The notes beneath the pieces are model-generated. The model ran no database searches, had not been told where the DNA came from, and worked only from the letters and a program-made list of their open reading frames with translations. A stretch of 32,000 bases of DNA from Terriglobales bacterium. GTDB lineage: Bacteria > Acidobacteriota > Terriglobia > Terriglobales > Acidobacteriaceae. The translations under genes were made by a program, and so were the position numbers. The DNA lies in assembly GCA_035623255.1 (NCBI GenBank), contig DASPTU010000125.1, positions 166,818-198,817 of the forward strand. The letters are read 5' to 3'. The number at the start of each line of letters is the position of its first letter. The first letter of the stretch is position 1. Shown one piece after another: positions 18,182 to 26,946 of this stretch.

Positions 18182-19462
18182 TCAAGAGCGCAAGCGGACA
18201 TCAGACTCATCAGGACTGGACAACTCCAAAACAGCGGGTTCGCAAAATGATTGCCCCGATTTTCTAAAAATCAGGTTCAATAAAGGGTTGGTTGCGGCAG
18301 TTGTGATTATGGTCATTGAGACAAAGATGGTAAAGAGCGCAGCCGAGAACACCCCTGCGTCATAGGCAATCTTTAAAACAACCAACTCAACCAAACCTCG
18401 CGTATTCAGAAGCGTGCCAATCGCGAGCGAGTTTCTCCACGATTGCCCAAAACAGCGGGCCGCAACTGCGGCGCCTCCCATCTTGCCTGCAATTGCCCCT
18501 AGAAGAACAATCATCATCCACAGAGCGACAGCTCGATTAGCGAGCAGGTCAATTCTCGTGTGTATGCCCGTCAGCACGAAAAATAAAGGAAGAAGAAATG
18601 TGGATACGATTGTGTTTAGACTTTTGCGAACTTCCTTCTGCCAATCACGATTTCGAGGTAAACACAAACCGGCTACGAAAGCTCCAAATAAAGGGTGCAC
18701 TCCAATAGCCTCAGTGCAGGCAGCCGACGCGAACACGCCGGCCAGAGTACATCCCCAAACTTCAAGAGACATTACGGGATACCGCATACGTCGCTGCCAG
18801 CTCCAGGCGATCGGTCGAACGACCCTGAACATCACTGCCACGTAAGCGATCAGGCCAAATAGGCGCAACGATAGCAACGCTGGATTGTTGCTCGATCGCT
18901 CTAAAGCAAGCGCGAGTGCCAGTAACGACCATGCAACCACGTCATCCACGGCAGCACAAGAAATCGCTATTGTGCCCAGCGAACTTGCAAGCAGACCCCG
19001 TTCTTCAAGGATCTTAGCTAGCACTGGGAAGGCGGTAATGCTCATCGAAATCCCAACAAATAGAATGAATGTGCTACTAGGAATTTCCCGAGGGGCAAAC
19101 CTGGCTTGAAGGGGATGGGAAATCACAATCGCGATGCAAAAAGGTAGCAGGATGCTGACACTGCTGATTAGAGTTATAGGTATGCGTTGACCGTAGAGCT
19201 GATTGAGATCTATCTCAGTTCCAACGATGAAGAGAAAAAGAATAAGCCCGAGCGTGCTCAAAACCTCGAAAGCCGCCAGCGAACCATTCGGAAAGAATAC
19301 TGCGTACAAGTTTGGAAAAAACCGACCGACAACTGACGGCCCCACCACTATCCCGCCTATGATTTGTCCAATGACGCGCGCCTGTCCCAACTTGGTTGCG
19401 ATCCAGCCACATGTCAAAGTGACTAGCAGGATGACGACGGTTTGGGCCAAAAAGAGGAGCAT
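18182..19462 (-). CDS. CPA2-family cation/proton antiporter (KefB-like membrane domain only)
   Basis: 426 aa, multi-TM; QARVIGQIIGGIVVGPSVVG, FLFIVGTEIDL, SMSITAFPVLAKILEERGL, SCAAVDDVVAW, LLNTRGLVELVVL. Confidence 0.93.
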   Translation of the reverse strand: MLLFLAQTVVILLVTLTCGWIATKLGQARVIGQIIGGIVVGPSVVGRFFPNLYAVFFPNGSLAAFEVLSTLGLILFLFIVGTEIDLNQLYGQRIPITLISSVSILLPFCIAIVISHPLQARFAPREIPSSTFILFVGISMSITAFPVLAKILEERGLLASSLGTIAISCAAVDDVVAWSLLALALALERSSNNPALLSLRLFGLIAYVAVMFRVVRPIAWSWQRRMRYPVMSLEVWGCTLAGVFASAACTEAIGVHPLFGAFVAGLCLPRNRDWQKEVRKSLNTIVSTFLLPLFFVLTGIHTRIDLLANRAVALWMMIVLLGAIAGKMGGAAVAARCFGQSWRNSLAIGTLLNTRGLVELVVLKIAYDAGVFSAALFTIFVSMTIITTAATNPLLNLIFRKSGQSFCEPAVLELSSPDESDVRLRS

Positions 19463-19722
19463 CGATTGTGGTGATTAGAGTCGATTTTGAGATCGTTCGT
19501 TGGCGCGATGCATGAAATACCAAATTCTGGAAAAGGATGCAAGTGGCGGTCGGCACCGGGGCTGTGATGCCTAGGCAAACACCCACACTGGAATGGGTTG
19601 ACTTAAGGGGGATCTATTCGAGGTCTTGAATGCCCACTCATATTCAGCACAACGGTGCCGCAGTAAATGTATAAAGCAAGGTCTCTCGGACCTATACACT
19701 AAGTAATCGCTGAGCACGCGAC

Positions 19723-20814
19723 ATGTATGACCTGATCGTCATTGGCGGCGGACCGGCAGGCGCCTCCGCGGCCATCACTTCCTGCCGAACCGGTGCTCAC
19801 GTCCTGCTGCTCGAGCGTGGCCGTTTCCCTCGCCACAAAGTTTGCGGCGAGTTCGTCTCGGCTGAGGCACTCGGGTTGCTCGGCTCCTTGCTTGAACTTA
19901 CTTATTCCAGTCTCCCGTACGCAGTCCCAATTCCACGAGCAAGATTTTTTGTCGATGACCGCGTACTAGAGGCAGCAGTTCAACCGGCAGCCGCTAGCAT
20001 AGCCCGTCTAGACCTCGACAGATCCTTGTGGGACTCCGCCGAGCGATGCGGCACCGAAGCCAGGCAGCAGGTCATCGTGCAGAACTTAAGCGGCTCCGGC
20101 CCATTTGTCGTCTGCACTTCGATTGGCGATTTCGAAACCCGTGCTGTCGTGAATGCATCAGGCCGCTGGTCGACTTTGAATGGAGCGCAGTCGCGCAACG
20201 GAAACGGAGGTGCGAAGTGGATCGGTCTCAAGGCTCACTACCTGGAGCCTGCCCCGCCCGCGTCCGTCGACCTTTACTTTTTCGATGGTGGCTATTGCGG
20301 CGTCCAGCCCGTAAACCTGAGTTCCGCTCACGATCAAGCTCGCGTCAACGCCTGCGCCATGGTGCGGGCCGATGTCGCTTCGACCATGCCGGAAACATTT
20401 GAGCTGCATCCGGCACTACGTGAACGGGCGGCCCGATGGACACCCGTCATGAATCCGGTTGGTGTGTCGCCGCTCTTGTTTGGGAAACCTCGGCCTATCG
20501 AGGGGAGCGTCCTATCCGTGGGCGATGCCGCAGGCTTTGTCGACCCCTTCGTCGGGGATGGAATCTCGCTTGCCTTGCGGAGTGGCGCGCTGGCCGCAGA
20601 GTCACTCGCCCCGTTCTTTGCTGGCCAACTTTCGCTGGCCCAGGCAATCAGGCAATATGCTGAAAGCTATCAGCTACATTTCGCTTCTGTCTTCCGGTCA
20701 TCATCCAGGATTCGTCGGATGCTGCGTCTGCCCCGTCCCGTCCGCGCCCCAATTCTGTCACTTCTGGCGCACAGCACGGCCGTTACCGAGTACCTGGTGA
20801 GGCAGACAAGATGA
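19723..20814 (+). CDS. FAD-dependent oxidoreductase, geranylgeranyl-reductase-like
   Basis: MYDLIVIGGGPAGASAA; LERGRFPRHKVCGEFVSAEAL; SVGDAAGFVDPFVGDGISLAL. Confidence 0.88.
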   Translation: MYDLIVIGGGPAGASAAITSCRTGAHVLLLERGRFPRHKVCGEFVSAEALGLLGSLLELTYSSLPYAVPIPRARFFVDDRVLEAAVQPAAASIARLDLDRSLWDSAERCGTEARQQVIVQNLSGSGPFVVCTSIGDFETRAVVNASGRWSTLNGAQSRNGNGGAKWIGLKAHYLEPAPPASVDLYFFDGGYCGVQPVNLSSAHDQARVNACAMVRADVASTMPETFELHPALRERAARWTPVMNPVGVSPLLFGKPRPIEGSVLSVGDAAGFVDPFVGDGISLALRSGALAAESLAPFFAGQLSLAQAIRQYAESYQLHFASVFRSSSRIRRMLRLPRPVRAPILSLLAHSTAVTEYLVRQTR

Positions 20815-20871
20815 TGCCTGATGCGCGGGAATCCCAGATTCAGCTTCTTCTGCCGACGTCCTGAACACTAC

Positions 20872-21594
20872 TCAACGCACCACGAGCACTTCTCGGACGT
20901 TATCGCGAGTGAGGAAAAACTTAATGGAAGAAAAATCACGAAACAAATTCTCGATGTGCCGGTTATTGAACACTCGCTGCAGCCGGAAACTTCTTTGTAT
21001 CGCGGTATGCACGGCGCCGGTAGGCCCTTTGCGAACGTCCCGCCGGGCTCCGATCGGCTGCATTTCGAGCGTGTCCGGCCCGACGATATGGTAGCGATAA
21101 CAAGGCGCGTCAGGCCCTGCTTCCCGAGTATGAAAGAACGCCAGCAACATCGCTCCCGGCTTGGTCATGGTCCACAAACGCGCCACCACGGGCTTGACCA
21201 GGCTTTCATCGAGATAATCGGCCAGGTTCCAGCAGAATACGAGATCGAATTGCCCAGCCCCCTGGAGCAGGTTCTCCGCCAGAAATTTTTTTTCGTCCAG
21301 CACCCGTTCTCCCTGCTCGTTCCTGGTGACCAGGGCCGGGTCGGTCGAGGCCTCGAGAAGATCTTCGCTATATATTTTGTGTCCGCGCTCAGTGAGATAG
21401 CGAATGTTGGCGGCGGAGGTGGAACCGATATCCAGAATGCAAAGCGGCTCCTCTGATTTCAACACGCGTGCCAGTTCCGTCAGTCCGCTCGAGCGACGCG
21501 TGAGCCGCTGTTTGGCTTGGTCAGGCTTTTCTCCAGAAGCAGCTTCAGTTGAGCCACGAAATAGTTTCATGACGCTCTGGGTTACTGACGGCAT
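20872..21594 (-). CDS. Class I SAM-dependent methyltransferase-like protein
   Basis: CILDIGSTSAANIRYL ... FDLVFCWNLADYLDE ... MTKPGAMLLAFFH; Rossmann MTase pattern. Confidence 0.7.
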   Translation of the reverse strand: MPSVTQSVMKLFRGSTEAASGEKPDQAKQRLTRRSSGLTELARVLKSEEPLCILDIGSTSAANIRYLTERGHKIYSEDLLEASTDPALVTRNEQGERVLDEKKFLAENLLQGAGQFDLVFCWNLADYLDESLVKPVVARLWTMTKPGAMLLAFFHTREAGPDAPCYRYHIVGPDTLEMQPIGARRDVRKGPTGAVHTAIQRSFRLQRVFNNRHIENLFRDFSSIKFFLTRDNVREVLVVR

Positions 21595-21678
21595 CGAAAG
21601 AACTGCCTAAAAAACCGATAGACAAAAATCGGCGTAATAAATCATAGCGCGGTGCTGGAATAGAGGCCGGGAAAACAT

Positions 21679-22170
21679 CTACGACTTGGTTACTGTCGTG
21701 CTCGATGATGCGGAAGATGCCGCAGCACCGCTTGCCATCTTCGAAGGCGCGGCCGCTGCAGCAGACCCCACTGCGCTCTTGGTCTCAGGCTTTTGGTCGG
21801 CTTTGCTTACCGCGGCGGAAGTCGGTTTTGCCACATCCCGCTGGATATCCACTTTTCCCTTGAAATAAGCTCCATCCTCGATGGCGATACGTTGCGTAAA
21901 GATATCCCCCGTCGCAACGGCTGAGCTTCTCAGCTCCGCACGTTCGTCAGCATGAATGTTGCCTTCCAGCTTTCCTTGTACAACTACCCCTTTGGCGTTC
22001 ACGTTTGCATGAACCTTCCCGTTGGGTCCGATTACCAGGTTATTGCCTTCCAACTCGATCTTACCTTCGACTATGCCATCTACGTACAGGTCCTCGCTCC
22101 CCGACAACTCTCCCTTAATTATTACCGACTTGCCAATATGTGCGAACTCCGGGGTTTTTGCCACGTCCAT
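21679..22170 (-). CDS. Bactofilin
   Basis: Track ORF begins at 22326; ATG 22170 is preceded by GGGAGGAG SD on the minus strand. Core includes IGKSVIIKGELSGSEDLYVDGIVEGKIEL...VHANVNAKGVVVQGKLEGNIHADERAELRSSAVATGDIFTQRIAIEDGAYFKGKV. Confidence 0.93.
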   Translation of the reverse strand: MDVAKTPEFAHIGKSVIIKGELSGSEDLYVDGIVEGKIELEGNNLVIGPNGKVHANVNAKGVVVQGKLEGNIHADERAELRSSAVATGDIFTQRIAIEDGAYFKGKVDIQRDVAKPTSAAVSKADQKPETKSAVGSAAAAAPSKMASGAAASSASSSTTVTKS

Positions 22171-22381
22171 AGCCGAATCTCCTCCCGCCCTTGCCAAAAT
22201 ATTAAGTGAGACACTGGATTCTAACCCATTTAACCAGTTCCCGCTGTAACCAGACTGAAACATAGACATCGAGGTTAAAATTCTAGGCAGGGATGTTCTT
22301 TCAGATCCGGCATTCGCGCGGGGCAACAGCCTGCTCTATTCGTCGCCTCTAAATTGGATTGCTTACGGGGATCTTATCGTC

Positions 22382-23275
22382 GTGAAGTCTAGGACTGCTT
22401 TCGCCCTATCGGTGTTCCTGCTCACCAGCGTACTTTTGACTTTTGCCGAGGAAACGCCCATGCCGGTCATCGAGCTGGTGCGGCAAACGGTCGAAAACGA
22501 GATCACGTCGAACAACGGAAACGCAAAATTCATGTTTCTCGATCGCAAGAAAACTCCTCGTGGTTCTCAGGTCAAACTAATCCTGGAGACGACGCAGGGT
22601 ACTGCTGGTTTGCTCGTTGCGGTGAACGACAAGCCACTCACCCCCGAGGAGCGGCAGGCCGAAGAGGCACGACTGGAAGAGTTAGCCGCGAATCCAATCG
22701 AACTCAGAAAAAAACAGAAGGCGGAACATGATGACAGTGAGCGAACCAATCGCATCATGAAAGCCTTGCCCGACGCTTTTATTTACCAGCCTGACGGCAC
22801 TGAGACCGGCACCCAGGGAGTCGGTAACCCGGGAGACGAGTTGGTCCGCCTGAGGTTTCGACCCAATCCCAACTACAGCCCACCGACCCATACCGAACAG
22901 GTGCTCACCGGCATGAGTGGTTACATCCTGATAGATGCCAACAGGAAGCGCATTGCCAAGATTGACGGCAGGTTGTTTAAGGAGGTGGCATTTGGTTGGG
23001 GAATTCTCGGACACCTGGACCGGGGTGGCCGGTTTGTCGTTCAACAAGGCGCTGTTGAGAGCAATGATTGGGAAATTACGCGCATGGACTTGGCCTTTAC
23101 TGGCAAGATTCTCGTTTTTAGGAAGATTCTGATTAAGTCTGACGAATGTTTCAGCGATTTCCATCCCGCCCCGTCCAACCTGACATTCGCCCAAGGCGTT
23201 GAATTGCTCAAGAAACACGAAGCCGAGTTGGCTGAAAATCACCAGGCCGGCCCCGCAAACCACGATCAAAGATAG
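22382..23275 (+). CDS. Secreted/periplasmic hypothetical protein
   Basis: 297 aa; GTG start, N-terminal signal peptide (MKSRTAFALSVFLLTSVLLTFA); no recognised domain. Confidence 0.7.
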   Translation: MKSRTAFALSVFLLTSVLLTFAEETPMPVIELVRQTVENEITSNNGNAKFMFLDRKKTPRGSQVKLILETTQGTAGLLVAVNDKPLTPEERQAEEARLEELAANPIELRKKQKAEHDDSERTNRIMKALPDAFIYQPDGTETGTQGVGNPGDELVRLRFRPNPNYSPPTHTEQVLTGMSGYILIDANRKRIAKIDGRLFKEVAFGWGILGHLDRGGRFVVQQGAVESNDWEITRMDLAFTGKILVFRKILIKSDECFSDFHPAPSNLTFAQGVELLKKHEAELAENHQAGPANHDQR

Positions 23276-23456
23276 ATTGAGTAAGGTCAATCGTGCTAAA
23301 GGATGAATTAGCTCTGCTCTGTGTCACGCGGGTTTGAGCGGGCCACATATTTTGGCCCGCTTCTGCAGTTCGAACCTGATGTACTCCTCTCCAGCTTTCA
23401 TCATCGCTCGCCTGCGCCGAAACCTCGCGCGTGCTAACCTGCAACGTACAACAGGA

Positions 23457-24401
23457 ATGAGCGTCGCAGGCAAGATTCGCATTGGCACTGCCGGTTGGTC
23501 CTACAAGGATTGGGAAGGAATCTTTTATCCCTCCGGGATGCAGCGCAGAAAGCAGCATCCTCTCGAAATCCTTGCGAGCTGCTTCGATGTGGTTGAAATC
23601 AACACATCATTCTATGGCCACATCAAGCCCGAGCTAGTCAAAATCTGGACCCGCAAAGCGGCTAGCGTGAATCCCAATTTTCTGTTTACTGCCAAGCTGC
23701 ATCGCTCCTTCACGCATTCGCCGCTCGCGGTCATGGAGCCAACCTCCGCCGCAACTATCAAGCCCAACGAAGAAGACCAGAAACTCGCGCGAGAAGGCCT
23801 CGAAGCCTTGGCTGCCACGGGCAAGCTCGGCGCCTTGCTTATTCAGTTTCCGGTGTCTTTCAAAAACACCTTGCTCAATCGCGAATACCTCGAAACTCTA
23901 TTACGCCAGTTCATTGAGTACCCACGCGTTGTCGAGGTTCGCCATTCGAGTTGGGGCAATCGCGAAACCATTCGTGACTTTGAACAAAGAAACGTTTCCT
24001 TCTGCAACATCGATCAGCCACTGATCGGTCGCGCTCTCGATGCCACAGAGCATGTAACCGCTCCCGTCGCCTACGTGCGCCTGCACGGCCGCAATTACGA
24101 TCAGTGGTTCGAAGCCGAGAAGCCCCACGATCGCTACAACTATCTCTATTCAGAAGACGAACTTCGAGGATGGAAAGACAAAATCGAGCGCATGGCTCAC
24201 CAGGCTGAGGTCACCTACGTCATCGCCAACAATCACTTCGAAGCCAAAGCTGGAGTCAACGCGCTGCAAATGAAATACATGCTCGCCGGACATCGGCAAA
24301 AAGCTCCCGGGCCTCTGCTCCGCCACTACCCCGAACTGAGTGCGATTGCCGATCCGCTTCCCGAGGATAGCTCCGACGCAACCCTGCCCTTAATGGCGTA
24401 A
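23457..24401 (+). CDS. DUF72 (YecE-like) family protein
   Basis: MSVAGKIRIGTAGWSYKDWEGIFYP...EINTSFYGHI...VRHSSW...YVRLHGR; track ORF extends upstream, but ATG 23457 has an adjacent AGGA. Confidence 0.9.
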   Translation: MSVAGKIRIGTAGWSYKDWEGIFYPSGMQRRKQHPLEILASCFDVVEINTSFYGHIKPELVKIWTRKAASVNPNFLFTAKLHRSFTHSPLAVMEPTSAATIKPNEEDQKLAREGLEALAATGKLGALLIQFPVSFKNTLLNREYLETLLRQFIEYPRVVEVRHSSWGNRETIRDFEQRNVSFCNIDQPLIGRALDATEHVTAPVAYVRLHGRNYDQWFEAEKPHDRYNYLYSEDELRGWKDKIERMAHQAEVTYVIANNHFEAKAGVNALQMKYMLAGHRQKAPGPLLRHYPELSAIADPLPEDSSDATLPLMA

Positions 24402-24492
24402 AAACTCGTACGGACCAAGAACGTCGCCAAACTACGGCAGCGTGGCCTTGTTTGACAATCCCCCGGACCGCTCAGCCTATAATCGCCGGATT

Positions 24493-26913
24493 ATGGAAGC
24501 TCTGCTGCGTGATGTGCGCTTCGCCTTTCGCATGTTCGCCAAGAATCCCGGCCTCATTTTTGCCGCAATTTTCACTCTTGCATTGGCGATTGGCGCCAAC
24601 ACCGCGATGTTCACCGTTACGAGCGCGTTACTGCTGCGGCCATTTCCTTATTCCGACCCACAACAACTCGTGACCATCCAGGTAAAGGACCGGGACGAAG
24701 ACCGCCCCGGCACGCTGCTGCGATATGAGCTCTTGCGCAATCAGGCCAAATCGTTTCAGATCGCGGCCTGGGCTAACGACAATTTCAACCTCACCGGCCG
24801 TGGCGAGCCGATACAAGTACCCGTAGCTCGGGTCTCTTCCAATTTCTTCTCGCTGCTGGGAGTGAAGCCTGACCTCGGCCGCACGTTTACTCAAGATGAG
24901 GGACACCCCGAGAGCAAGCCCGTGGTTATGCTCAGCAATGCGATTTGGCATAGTCGCTTTGGCGGCGACCCTAACATTCTCGGCCAGACGGTCACGCTCG
25001 ATACCACGCCGCATACGATTGTCGGCGTGCTGCCCGCGAACGTTGAGTTTCCCTTTGTGGGCCAGGCGGAGATCTGGACACCACGCTACTTTGAACTCAC
25101 CCTCATGAGTAATCAGCGGTTGCGCATGGGTGTCGGCTATTTAGGATATGTGGCGCGGCTCCGGGATCAAGTGCCTGTTTCCCGTGCACAAGCCGAACTC
25201 GCCATTCTCAATCAACAGTATCGCGACCAGAACCCGAGCGCGCCCGATGCAGATCCCAGCACACTGATGCTAGCCGCCCCGCTGCGGGATCTCGTCGTCG
25301 GCGACGTGCGTGGAAAACTGTTGCTCCTGTCGGGCGCAGTCGTGGTGGTGCTGCTCATCGCCTGTGCTAACGTGGCCAGCCTTTTACTCTCCCGCGCTCT
25401 CGCCCGCAAAAGAGAAATCGCGGTACGTACCGCTTTGGGAGCAACCCGCGGCGCTTTGGTTCGCCAGTTGCTCACCGAAAGCATGTTGCTGGCAATCACG
25501 GCCGGAATTCTCGGCGTCGCGCTGAGCTGGGCAGCCACTCGCGCTCTTCTGGCTTGGGGTGCAAGTCAACTTCCGGCGGAAATGCCGATCGGCGTCGACT
25601 TCCGCGTCTTGCTGTTTGCACTGGTTGTTTCTCTGCTCACCGGAGTCATCTTCGGCGCTATGCCGGCGCTGCAATTCTCCAAGGTTGACGTCGAGTCCGC
25701 TCTGCGTGCAGAAGGTCGCGCGGCTTCCGCCGGCCACAGGAGAACGCGGATGAAGGGCCTTCTCGTCATAGGCCAGGTCGCACTGTCATTGCTTCTCCTT
25801 ATCGCAGCCGGCTTATTGCTGCGCAGCTTCGGACGGCTGGTTCGCACAGATCCCGGCTTCGAACCCCACAACGCTCTTACCCTGAACGTTTCTTTGCCCA
25901 CCGTGAAGTACGCCAAAGCGGAGCAACAAATCGCCTTCTTTGATGAAGTGCTACGCCGCGTTTCATCCCTGCCCGGCGTGCGAAACGCAGCCACGTCTGC
26001 GGCATTGCCGCTGAGTTGGGTGCGATACACTCCCGTCTTGGCCGACGGTCAACCCGATGTCCCTCTTGCCCAACGGCCATTCATCGACATCGAGGCGATT
26101 AGCCCGCAATGGTTTCAAACCCTGCGCGTTCCGATTCGCGCTGGCCGCAGCTTTACTGATGCCGACAATGCGCAAGCGCCCAAAGTGATCGTCGTCAACG
26201 AAAGCTTCGCGCACCGCTTCTGGCCCAATCAGAACCCAATCGGCAAGCACGTCGTGGTCGGCCGCTGGCCCGATCCCGCCGCGGTAGTCGGCGTCGCTGC
26301 CGACATCAAAAACCGCGGTCTTGCCCAGGAGACCCAGGCACAGATCTATCTCCCGTTCCCGCAGTTGCCCTGGGGCAGAATGAATCTCCTGGTGCGCACC
26401 GCCGTTCCGCCGCTCAGCTTGACGTCGGCCATCCGTGGCCAGATTGCGGCCGTCGATCCCGATCAGCCGGTCACCAGCATTGAAACCGTCGACAATCTGG
26501 TCGACGCCTCCCGGGCTCAGGCCCGCTTCATCACCTTCTTGCTCGGCGCCTTCTCGGTAACAGCCCTGATTCTCGCCGTAATCGGAATCTACGGTGTGCT
26601 GTCATATTCGGTGACTCAGCGGCAGCATGAGTTGGGGATTCGCCTCGCGCTCGGAGCGCAGCGCTCCGACGTTTTATTGCTCGTGCTGAAACAGGGACTG
26701 CGGCTCGCCGTTGTGGGAATCGCAATAGGTCTGGTCGCCGCTCTGCTGCTCACAAATCTGATGTCGAGCATGTTGTATCACGTCGGCGCTCGTGACCTCG
26801 CAACTTTCGCTCTAACGCCGCTGATTTTTCTTGCGATTGCTCTGCTTGCCAGTTACCTGCCCGCGCGCCGCACCGCAAAACTGGATCCCATGGATACCCT
26901 TCGTGTGAGCTGA
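24493..26913 (+). CDS. Duplicated-type ABC permease (MacB/FtsX-like, ADOP family)
   Basis: MEALLRDVRFAFRMFAKNPGLIFAAIFTLALAIGANTAMFTVTSALLLRPFPY; two repeated FtsX-like blocks (RKREIAVRTALGATRGALVRQLLTES; QRQHELGIRLALGAQRSDVLLLVLKQGL). Track ORF starts at 24442. Confidence 0.93.
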   Translation: MEALLRDVRFAFRMFAKNPGLIFAAIFTLALAIGANTAMFTVTSALLLRPFPYSDPQQLVTIQVKDRDEDRPGTLLRYELLRNQAKSFQIAAWANDNFNLTGRGEPIQVPVARVSSNFFSLLGVKPDLGRTFTQDEGHPESKPVVMLSNAIWHSRFGGDPNILGQTVTLDTTPHTIVGVLPANVEFPFVGQAEIWTPRYFELTLMSNQRLRMGVGYLGYVARLRDQVPVSRAQAELAILNQQYRDQNPSAPDADPSTLMLAAPLRDLVVGDVRGKLLLLSGAVVVVLLIACANVASLLLSRALARKREIAVRTALGATRGALVRQLLTESMLLAITAGILGVALSWAATRALLAWGASQLPAEMPIGVDFRVLLFALVVSLLTGVIFGAMPALQFSKVDVESALRAEGRAASAGHRRTRMKGLLVIGQVALSLLLLIAAGLLLRSFGRLVRTDPGFEPHNALTLNVSLPTVKYAKAEQQIAFFDEVLRRVSSLPGVRNAATSAALPLSWVRYTPVLADGQPDVPLAQRPFIDIEAISPQWFQTLRVPIRAGRSFTDADNAQAPKVIVVNESFAHRFWPNQNPIGKHVVVGRWPDPAAVVGVAADIKNRGLAQETQAQIYLPFPQLPWGRMNLLVRTAVPPLSLTSAIRGQIAAVDPDQPVTSIETVDNLVDASRAQARFITFLLGAFSVTALILAVIGIYGVLSYSVTQRQHELGIRLALGAQRSDVLLLVLKQGLRLAVVGIAIGLVAALLLTNLMSSMLYHVGARDLATFALTPLIFLAIALLASYLPARRTAKLDPMDTLRVS

Positions 26914-26946
26914 GGCTGTGGGCGCAGGTATAATAGCGCGGCACGC

